Positions 57,601-64,000 of a stretch of 64,000 nt of DNA are shown here, in pieces. The DNA is from Nitrososphaeria archaeon. Its GTDB lineage: Archaea > Thermoproteota > Nitrososphaeria > Nitrososphaerales > JAAOZN01. Positions within the stretch are counted from its first letter, which is position 1. Every line of letters starts with the position of its first letter. Location: positions 128,001-192,000 of the forward strand of contig JARVJZ010000002.1 of assembly GCA_029775855.1 (NCBI GenBank), given 5' to 3'. Both the position numbers and the translations under genes were made by a program. The notes beneath the pieces are model-generated. The model was not told the origin of the DNA, did no database searches, and saw only the letters and a list, made by a program, of their open reading frames with translations.

Positions 57601-58148
57601 CGACAAGAAGAAATCAGCTCGAAGCAGAGAAAGAAAAGATCATTGAATTCATAGAAAAAATAGAGGCTGAAAAGAAGAAGGTCTTTATGGAGACATTTGA
57701 GAAGATAGATAAAGAGCTGCGCGTGGTTTTTTCAAAGATTACAGGCGGTTCAGCGTGGCTTGAAATTGAGAACCCAGATGATATATTTGGTAGCGGCGTA
57801 TTCTTAATGACTCAATTCCCTAACAAATTACCTAGGGAGTCGAGCTCAGTAAGCGGCGGCGAAAAGACGGTTGCAGCTGTGTCTTTTATACTTGCGATAC
57901 AAGCGGTTTACCCTTCACCCTTCTACCTATTTGATGAGGTTGATGCGCACCTTGATGCAGTCAATGTGGAGAGAGTCGCGGCTCTACTAAAAGAAAGGTC
58001 AGAGAAGGCTCAGATAATAGCTATATCGCTTAGGGATGCCTTCATAGCTAACGCTACTACGGTGTATGGCGTATACATGGTTAAAGGTGTGTCGAATATA
58101 GTGAGGTATAAACCTAGCATAGAGGTGGCTGCACGGAAAGTTGAATAA
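54603..58148 (+). CDS. smc: Chromosome segregation protein SMC
   Basis: GFKSFG, GPNGGGKSN, coiled-coil/hinge/coiled-coil, VSGGEK signature, LFDEVDAHLD. Confidence 0.95.
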   Translation: MAFIKRLEIKGFKSFGEKTVSLKFEPGFTAITGPNGGGKSNIMDAILFALGENNPKALRVNKLSSLIYESGESRLPSTRVSIVFDNTDKTIPVDSETVTVTREMDDKGESTYYLNGKKTTRNVVVEIMSLALITREGFNVVPQGMVMHISEMHPDDKRRLIEDIAGVSPFDAKKAEALKQLQEADMRLQVAMARIGEIEQRVYALEGERNDQLRLRHLEDEVRWAKALIASRNIALARRRRQEEEVRAKENSARLQELNNRLNDLKTEIANVEEEKKNFLSNVVDSSAGRLVDLQSKIGKLLYEDEKLRSEKSNASLRLFELREETPKLKERLQTLLVERKNFEEQLKEDNQKLKVLEDEKARLEKDIFNLQKEKARLQKIILNLNNRVERLKIGQSKLTARLTELRSKVELDKQRKNMLEESLNNIKERSATFLETLNTLEQHLNQIRQFKESEQNSLNKLKEDADSLTKRIEAVNKELTLSLGVLDKASRKLLQIDAQQSTIESVAPEEVSVNLLIQAAKDGAVEGVIGRFGDLISFKDEYKAAVLAAADEWADALVVADVKAMLRVAETAKRLKVKKLKIIPLSEVAEVEFVRKPLQAGLLGSLADYVDCGSNFRGLVNFIIGDTVLAETPRDAYLASRQGLRAVTLQGYLFEPESKGFRMGFSEKLRNLSNILTESSAKEDVAKALKALEDMIRKRKSELASLNKELTRLKDEQIKKTVSVEKIEAEAATISKAVERYSRLGNKVKRRIAAEAQKIEAIERRIDRTLTKITNIESMLKTIEERIKDLSAKIPIEEEQRIAEEIASKQKTLEELANQIREQITTIAKRKSELDYRLIPNIQEVEKVITEYDTEVKELEAFLNSSEEKRNTIAKELETLKEEESILLSKSKQSRSLIEEYESKLKHLRSQEEALRRSISVVEKELLLNNKNLEMLADAEHRYLSELSIYGYTEPIEYFDGVDELIKKLSEEYDELRRQVNLLADAQYKETYIGYKNLSTRRNQLEAEKEKIIEFIEKIEAEKKKVFMETFEKIDKELRVVFSKITGGSAWLEIENPDDIFGSGVFLMTQFPNKLPRESSSVSGGEKTVAAVSFILAIQAVYPSPFYLFDEVDAHLDAVNVERVAALLKERSEKAQIIAISLRDAFIANATTVYGVYMVKGVSNIVRYKPSIEVAARKVE

Positions 58149-58782
58149 AGAAGCCATAGCCAAAGAGCCTCTTAACATACTTGTCAACCCAGACCTCATA
58201 AAAAAACAGAAGCCTTGGAAGATCGATATAGCTTACCTATTGAACCTATTTCTAAGCTTCATATCTAAGCTGGAGCGTTTAGATCTTCGGCTCTGTGGCT
58301 CAGCAGCCCTCTCCTCAGCCCTAATCTACCGCCTTAAAGTTGAATCTCTATTCTTAACCGAAAGATTAAGTGAAGAAAAGAGACCAGTCAATATAGAGGA
58401 TATACCTTTCATACTCCCCATGCCTATAAGATATGAACTTCATTCATCAACGGTTGAAGACTTGATAATAGCTTTACAGAAGATCATCGATGAAATCACC
58501 TCTAGGAGTGATGCTAAACGAACTCAGCCAAAAACTGTAGAGTATACAGTTGAAATCGATCAATTTATAAACAAACTTAAAGAAAACCTTGAACCATTTA
58601 AAGAAAACCTACTTATGATGCTAAAGAAAGGCCCCATCCTATTCTCTACGCTGACCAAAGGTAAAAATATAGTAGAGGCAGCAAGGGCATTCATCTTTCT
58701 ACTCTTCTTAGCAACCGACGGCATAGTCCTTTTAGAGCAGATCGACGAAGACTTGCTGATAACTGGTGCAGTTGAGCTTTGA
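58141..58782 (+). CDS. scpA: Kleisin ScpA
   Basis: PWKIDI, AALSSALIYRLK, FIFLLFLATDG.V.LEQ; lies between smc and scpB. Confidence 0.85.
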   Translation: MNKEAIAKEPLNILVNPDLIKKQKPWKIDIAYLLNLFLSFISKLERLDLRLCGSAALSSALIYRLKVESLFLTERLSEEKRPVNIEDIPFILPMPIRYELHSSTVEDLIIALQKIIDEITSRSDAKRTQPKTVEYTVEIDQFINKLKENLEPFKENLLMMLKKGPILFSTLTKGKNIVEAARAFIFLLFLATDGIVLLEQIDEDLLITGAVEL

Positions 58783-59300
58783 CCAATGATGTTGAATCTA
58801 AGGCTAAGATAGAAGCTGCGCTTTATGTTTCAGGCAGACCGCTGACCGCTGAGGAGCTCGCTAAAGCTGCTGAGCTGACCTCTAAAAGAAAGGCTGTTGC
58901 ATTAGCGCGTTCACTTATGCAATTCTATAATTCACCTGAGCGTGCAATACAGATAGTTGAATACTCTGGCAGTAGATTTGCGATGCAGCTTAAACCTCAA
59001 TACTCTAAGGTTGCAAAACGCTTTTCTATGAAGCCACTATTATCACAATCAACTTTAAAGACACTATCCTATATAGCCTTCTTTCAACCTATCACATCAC
59101 AAGATTTGGTGGAGAAAAGGGGGCCTCAAGCCTATCAGCATATAAGGCAGCTTGAGCAGATGGGGTTCATAGAAGGGGAACCATCAGGCAAAACAAAGGT
59201 GTATAGAACTACAACAACATTCTCAGAATACTTTGGTCTAAGCTCAGACCCTGAGCAGCTAAAAAAAGAACTCCAATCGAAGGGCGTGAAACTGCTTTAG
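58779..59300 (+). CDS. scpB: SMC-Scp complex subunit ScpB
   Basis: IEAALYVSGRPL, TLSYIAFFQPIT, YRTTTTFSEYFGL. Confidence 0.92.
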   Translation: MTNDVESKAKIEAALYVSGRPLTAEELAKAAELTSKRKAVALARSLMQFYNSPERAIQIVEYSGSRFAMQLKPQYSKVAKRFSMKPLLSQSTLKTLSYIAFFQPITSQDLVEKRGPQAYQHIRQLEQMGFIEGEPSGKTKVYRTTTTFSEYFGLSSDPEQLKKELQSKGVKLL

Positions 59301-59351
59301 CATACAACCTTTTATATCTTAAGTTAGAGTGCTATTCGGTTGTGACTAACG

Positions 59352-59735
59352 ATGACTAAAGCCGTAGAGAATCTGCGTAAGAGGAAGATCACAGGAGGAA
59401 GAAGAAAGGTAGCACGCTCCAGAAGGGCTTACGAAAGAGACCGATACCCTATAGAGACTATATTAGGCGAGGAAAGGTCAGTAGCGAAACGGGTTAGAGG
59501 AGGGAATATAAAAATTGCCGCAAAAGAGGTTCAGTACGCTAATGTTGTTGATGAGTCAAATAAAGTTAGGCGCGTAAAGATACTTGGCGTAGTAAAAAAC
59601 CCAGCAAACAAAGAATATGAACGCAGACAAGTAATAACCAAAGGAGCAATCCTCAAAACTGAATTAGGTTTAGTGAAAGTCACATCTAGACCCGGACAAC
59701 ACGGCGTAGTAAATGCAGTGCTTGTGAAAAGTTGA
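59352..59735 (+). CDS. rps8e: 30S ribosomal protein eS8
   Basis: RKITGGR, RVRGGNIK, NPANKEYERRQVITKGA, VTSRPGQHGVVNAVL. Confidence 0.96.
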   Translation: MTKAVENLRKRKITGGRRKVARSRRAYERDRYPIETILGEERSVAKRVRGGNIKIAAKEVQYANVVDESNKVRRVKILGVVKNPANKEYERRQVITKGAILKTELGLVKVTSRPGQHGVVNAVLVKS

Positions 59736-60025
59736 AAGAATACGACCATCTAATTATTTGGCTGGACTATTTTAACTCAACCTTATCAAGGTCTGAAGGT
59801 AGAAGAATACCTTTGAATAGAGCTATTAGATCTCCTACGCTGGATGAACTTTGCCAAGCAGCTTCAATTTTAGGCTATAAGCCTCAACCATTTCAAGCAC
59901 GCTACCCAAAGAGGAGCCACATTCAATCTGGCTACATAGCTGTAGAAAAGAAGGGAAGTAAAACAAAGCTGCTTTATGAGTTAGCTGAAGCTCTTCGTAA
60001 AGTTAGGGGGAAGGTAACGACCTAA
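59732..60025 (+). CDS. srp19: Signal recognition particle 19 kDa protein
   Basis: IWLDYFNSTLSRSEGRRIP, YPKR...G. Confidence 0.92.
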   Translation: MKEYDHLIIWLDYFNSTLSRSEGRRIPLNRAIRSPTLDELCQAASILGYKPQPFQARYPKRSHIQSGYIAVEKKGSKTKLLYELAEALRKVRGKVTT

Positions 60026-60055
60026 AGCTTGAAATAGGAAATTAAAGGCTGAGGC

Positions 60056-61216
60056 TTGGTGTTCAAAATAGATATAGTGGAAGTTAAAGAGGAGGATACA
60101 ATAATTTTAGCCCCTAAAAGCAGCGTTTTTGATAAGATACCACCTAAATCCCCAGCATTTTACAACCCCGCAGCTAAGCTAAATAGAGATGTCTCACTTA
60201 GAATCTATAGTGCGTATGCTCGTTTAACTTGTTCAAACATAACCTTTGGCGACGCTCTTGCTGGTGTAGGCGCTAGAGGACTTAGAGTAGCCAAGGAGTG
60301 CAAAGGTGTCGCCCAAGTCTACTTGAATGATTTAAACCCTAAAGCTATTGAACTTGCCAGATATGCAGCGGAGTTAAATGGTGTATCAGAAAAATGTGTG
60401 TTCACTACAAAAGATGCCATCCTATTTCTAGCTGAGCACTCACAACCAGCGAGACGATTTGACATATTGGATATAGATCCCTTTGGTTCACCCACGCCTT
60501 TCCTTGCTGCTGCGTTAAGAGCGGTTAAGCGAGGAGGTTTAATTTCTCTCACAGCTACCGATACAGCGGTGCTGTGCGGTGTATATCCAAAGGTTGCATT
60601 AAGGAGGTATGGTGGGTTATCTATAAGATGTGAGTATGGAAATGAGGTTGGTGTAAGACTACTATTTGGCGCTGCATCTAAGCTGGCTATGAGCATGGAT
60701 GCTGGCATAATTCCTGTATTTGCCCAAGCAAGCAGACATTATATTAGAGTCTATTTTACTTTGGAGAAGCGCGCCTCAAAAGCAGAGGAGAACCTTACAA
60801 ATATAGGCTACTTAAACCACTGTATAGAATGCGGCTACAGAGAAGTTGGAGCATCATTATTAAACACTTGCCCAAAATGTAAAGCGAAGATGTTGAACGC
60901 TGGTCCTCTCTGGATTGGGGAGATTAATTCAAAAAGTATTCTTGAAAACGCTGTTAAACTTAACTCTGATACTACCAGCGCTGTAGGTAAGATCGTTTCT
61001 TTAGCCCTTGGTGAATGTGGGCTTCCACCTACTTACTATATTGTAGATAAGATAGCTGACCGACTAGATGTGTTGACACCACGCACCGAGGAGGTTATAA
61101 CTCGCCTTAAGACGATGGGTTTTAGAGCCGCAAGAACTATATTTAACCCAAAAGGGATTAGGACAGACGCATCTAAGGAGGATGTTGAAGCGGCTGTTTT
61201 AGGTTTGAAGAAGTAA
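60056..61216 (+). CDS. trm1: tRNA (guanine-26)-N2,N2-dimethyltransferase
   Basis: FYNPAAKLNRD, GARGLR, DIDPFGSP, TATD, GPLWIG. Confidence 0.93.
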   Translation: MVFKIDIVEVKEEDTIILAPKSSVFDKIPPKSPAFYNPAAKLNRDVSLRIYSAYARLTCSNITFGDALAGVGARGLRVAKECKGVAQVYLNDLNPKAIELARYAAELNGVSEKCVFTTKDAILFLAEHSQPARRFDILDIDPFGSPTPFLAAALRAVKRGGLISLTATDTAVLCGVYPKVALRRYGGLSIRCEYGNEVGVRLLFGAASKLAMSMDAGIIPVFAQASRHYIRVYFTLEKRASKAEENLTNIGYLNHCIECGYREVGASLLNTCPKCKAKMLNAGPLWIGEINSKSILENAVKLNSDTTSAVGKIVSLALGECGLPPTYYIVDKIADRLDVLTPRTEEVITRLKTMGFRAARTIFNPKGIRTDASKEDVEAAVLGLKK

Positions 61217-61819
61217 GTCCTGCTCCGGCTTGTAGTTTTTGCATACAAAGTATAATTCGCTACTTTGACCTCTACTAGCTAATGGTTTGGTTATATCTAC
61301 CTTCTCAAACATCTTCCTTAACTGTGATTTGATCACTGGAAGGTCTTCTCCATCAAAGACCTTCAACACAGCCGAACCAGATGGTTTAAGAAGATGTGGC
61401 ATAACTGAGAGCACCCTCCTCGTCAAATCTATCTGCCTACTGTGATCTAGCTCCCAAACGCCAGATACATTAGGCGAAAGATCTGAGAGGATGACATCAA
61501 CCTTTCCGTTTGTGGAAGATGCAACTGCTTCAACTAGATCGCTGCTAAACACATCCATCCTTATAGTTGAGACGTTTTTGGCAACATATTGAATCTCCTT
61601 TATGTCCACGCCTACAACAAGCCCTTCTGAACCCACTCTCTTAGATGCTACTTGGAGCCAACCTCCGGGTGCGGCGCCAAGATCTAAGACTTTATCCCCT
61701 TTTTTGAAGATGTTGTAGCGTTCATCTATCTGTATAAGTTTAAAGGCTGCTCGACTTCGGTATCCTTGTGCAGCGGCTAATCTTCGATAGAGGTCTCGTT
61801 TGGCTTCCCTTAGCCTCAA
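61199..61819 (-). CDS. rlmE: 23S rRNA 2'-O-methyltransferase (RlmE/FtsJ)
   Basis: YRSRAAFKL, DLGAAPGGW, SDLSPNVSG, KP.ASR..SSE. Confidence 0.93.
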   Translation of the reverse strand: MRLREAKRDLYRRLAAAQGYRSRAAFKLIQIDERYNIFKKGDKVLDLGAAPGGWLQVASKRVGSEGLVVGVDIKEIQYVAKNVSTIRMDVFSSDLVEAVASSTNGKVDVILSDLSPNVSGVWELDHSRQIDLTRRVLSVMPHLLKPSGSAVLKVFDGEDLPVIKSQLRKMFEKVDITKPLASRGQSSELYFVCKNYKPEQDLLLQT

Positions 61820-61834
61820 TACTTTTGGCTCACC

Positions 61835-62233
61835 TTAGGTGGCTGCGGTGTCGCCTTGATTATAGGATGCAAATTCTTGCTTAACCCATTCTACTATCTT
61901 ATTGCAGGTGTATGGCGTAACTACGCCGTTTGGTGCGCACTTACTTTCCACTTCACAGGTTATGCAGGGTGCTTGCTCTATTGATTTAATTTGAATGGGG
62001 AGGCGTAGTGGTGTGAGCTTGTATGTCCATCTGCCGTTGTCAAGGACGCGCTCTCTTTTAACTAGTCCTCTTTTCTCAAGGCGTATAGCTAGTCTTGAAC
62101 CATCTCTGCTTGTTAGGTTAAGTTTCTTCCAAAGTTCACTTTGAAGGACGCCTTCTTTTCCGTGCTCTACAACTAGCTTATAGACTCTGGATGTTAAATC
62201 GAGTACTCCGTTTTGTTTGCTGTTTTGCTGCAT
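61835..62233 (-). CDS. Winged-helix + 4-Cys (Fe-S) protein, TFE-beta / Rpc34-like transcription factor
   Basis: GVLQSELWKKL..SRDGSR..RLEKRGL wHTH plus PCITC.....C......P..C..I.EW; located near trm1 and tfb. Confidence 0.75.
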   Translation of the reverse strand: MQQNSKQNGVLDLTSRVYKLVVEHGKEGVLQSELWKKLNLTSRDGSRLAIRLEKRGLVKRERVLDNGRWTYKLTPLRLPIQIKSIEQAPCITCEVESKCAPNGVVTPYTCNKIVEWVKQEFASYNQGDTAAT

Positions 62234-62282
62234 AACGCTTCCCCCTTTTTTTACCGTTATTATTTTATATTAGGGGTAGGTT

Positions 62283-63332
62283 TTATATCAACTTTTTTGT
62301 AGCAATATCTTTTATTACCTCTAAGGTTTGAATTATATCTTCTTTATCTATGCCTCTGTGTGTAACCATACGAATTAAGTTTCCTTTTACTGTAAGAGCC
62401 TTTATACCATATTTTGACAAGGCGGATATGAAGGCGCTTCCAGATACACCCAGATTTGAGACATCAAACATAACTATGTTGGTCTGAACTCTTCTAACAT
62501 CTATCTTTATCCCATCTATCTTCGCCAAGCCCTCAGCTAAAAGCCGTGCATTGATGTGGTCTTCCTTAAGCCTATCAACCATTTTTTCGAGAGCAACTAA
62601 ACCAGCTGCAGCTATAATGCCAGCTTGTCTCATGCCTCCGCCAAGCATCTTTCTCATCCTACGCGCCCTTTCTATAAACGAACTCGAGCCGACTACGACT
62701 GAACCTATAGGTGCACTAAGGCCTTTTGAAAGGCAGAACATAACCGAATCCGCTGGCGAAACAAGATGCTTAACATCCACATCAAGCGCTACTGCAGCAT
62801 TAAATATGCGCGCACCATCTATATGCACGGCAAGCCCGTGCTTCGCTGCAACCTCGCTGACCTTACGCGTCTGCAACGGAGTCATACAGATGCCGCCTGC
62901 TAAATTATGGGTATTTTCTAGACAGAGTAGTGTGGTTCTTGGAAAATGTGGGTTAGGTGGTCGAATGGCTTCTTCGACCGCTTCGGGTGCTAAAATACCC
63001 ATTTTACCTTTTATTGGTCTTGGTAGAACACCGGCGATTGCTGAGAGTCCTCCGAGTTCGTAGTGGTAGATGTGTGCATCTGCCTCTAAAATGACCTCGT
63101 CGCCTCGTTTGGTGTGGGATAGAATTGACACGAGGTTTCCTTGTGTGCCGCTGGTAACGAGGAGGGCTGCTTCTTTACCCATCTTCTTCGCAGCTACATC
63201 TTCTAACGCGTTAACTGTTGGATCTTCTCCGAAGACATCGTCTCCAAGTTTTGCGTTTTTTATTGCCTCAAGCATTTCTTCTGTAGGTAGGGTTACTGTG
63301 TCGCTTCTTAGATCAATTATCTTATTTACCAA
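62283..63332 (-). CDS. ltaE: Low-specificity L-threonine aldolase
   Basis: DLRSDTVT, GDDVFGEDP, LENTHN, HIDGARIFNA, CLSKGLSAP. Confidence 0.92.
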   Translation of the reverse strand: MVNKIIDLRSDTVTLPTEEMLEAIKNAKLGDDVFGEDPTVNALEDVAAKKMGKEAALLVTSGTQGNLVSILSHTKRGDEVILEADAHIYHYELGGLSAIAGVLPRPIKGKMGILAPEAVEEAIRPPNPHFPRTTLLCLENTHNLAGGICMTPLQTRKVSEVAAKHGLAVHIDGARIFNAAVALDVDVKHLVSPADSVMFCLSKGLSAPIGSVVVGSSSFIERARRMRKMLGGGMRQAGIIAAAGLVALEKMVDRLKEDHINARLLAEGLAKIDGIKIDVRRVQTNIVMFDVSNLGVSGSAFISALSKYGIKALTVKGNLIRMVTHRGIDKEDIIQTLEVIKDIATKKLI

Positions 63333-63334
63333 AT

Positions 63335-64000
63335 TTAGTTTGCATCTCGATTGTTAACCGATCTTTGCGGTTTAAGCTTTTGTCTTATAACATAATTATC
63401 TAAAATTTCTTTGTATCTATGTCTGACCGTTACCTCGGTGATATCGGCTGCAAGTGCTACTTCACGCTGAGGGAGGTTTTCGCTGTTTATGACAGAAGCA
63501 ATATAGATGCAGGCTGCTGCTAAGCCGTTTGGGGACTTACCGTCGTGTATGCTTATACTTTTTGTTGCTTTGAATATTTGTAGGGCGAGTCTCTCAGTCT
63601 TTGGGCTTAGCTTCATAATATTTGCTAACCTAGCTATATGTTTTTCTACTGTAGGGAGAGGAAGATGATCCACCGAAGCTTCAGAAGCGATCATGCGGTA
63701 GTATTTGTTAAGCGCTTTCACCTCTATTCCCGCTGCTTCAGAGACCTCTTTGGCGCTTCTTTCAACCTCGTGGATCTTGGCTGAGAGGTAGACTATTGCT
63801 GCTGTTACTTTAGAGACGGATCTGCTTTTCACAATCCCTTTCTTTTGAAGCTGCCGATATATGCGTGAAGCGGTTTCGGCTACTACTGAGGGCATCTTCA
63901 GGCTGCTACATAGGTTGTTTATCGTTGATAGAGCGTAGGCTAAACTCCTTTCAGCCGGTGAGGATGTTCTTAGACGCTTCTGCCATATCCTAAGCGCGTC
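63335..64000 (-). CDS. tfb: Transcription initiation factor IIB paralogue (5'-truncated by window edge)
   Basis: Frame open from window end (LRIWQKRLR..ERSL); cyclin repeats with GKSPNGLAAACIY, QREVA, TEVTVRHRYKE. Confidence 0.9.
   Translation of the reverse strand, partial: DALRIWQKRLRTSSPAERSLAYALSTINNLCSSLKMPSVVAETASRIYRQLQKKGIVKSRSVSKVTAAIVYLSAKIHEVERSAKEVSEAAGIEVKALNKYYRMIASEASVDHLPLPTVEKHIARLANIMKLSPKTERLALQIFKATKSISIHDGKSPNGLAAACIYIASVINSENLPQREVALAADITEVTVRHRYKEILDNYVIRQKLKPQRSVNNRDAN

Noticed and set aside
1-64000. tRNA, rRNA, SRP RNA, IS elements, reverse transcriptase/DGR
   Set aside because: No cloverleaf or T-loop signatures, transposase or RT motifs, or TR/VR pairs recognised by eye; a covariance-model scan would be needed to exclude small RNAs

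Overview
Archaeal chromosomal window. The gene set (arcTGT, SmAP3-type Lsm, TFE-beta/Rpc34-like, eS8, SRP19, Trm1, SMC-ScpAB, CofE, class II RNR) and frequent leaderless TTG/GTG starts suggest a TACK archaeon, probably a basal Nitrososphaerota-like lineage (inference). Housekeeping blocks (purine synthesis, ABC transporters, NAD synthesis, smc-scpAB-eS8-SRP19-trm1) flank two accessory zones. (1) About 18.3-35.8 kb holds two pseudogene remnants, a VapBC-type TA pair, two 21-nt heptad-repeat genes and the standout locus. In that locus a 182-aa secreted protein with a phage-fibre-like motif set is followed, after a structured terminator-like spacer, by a ~3,480-aa membrane-anchored protein. The large protein has 133 consecutive 20-aa repeats in exact 60-nt register (plus ~7 degenerate ones), an adhesin-like head and an H-L-S autoproteolysis-like motif near the anchor. 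I propose, as inference, a domesticated phage-type beads-on-a-string surface filament whose length is set by a ruler protein. (2) A CRISPR array (48 repeats, 47 spacers) has no cas genes in the window, one duplicated spacer and one spacer that looks antisense to an integrase. An unannotated 18-aa Lys-rich microprotein with its own promoter and terminator is also visible. No rRNA, tRNA, transposase or virion genes were recognised. All family assignments are by motif recognition, not database search.
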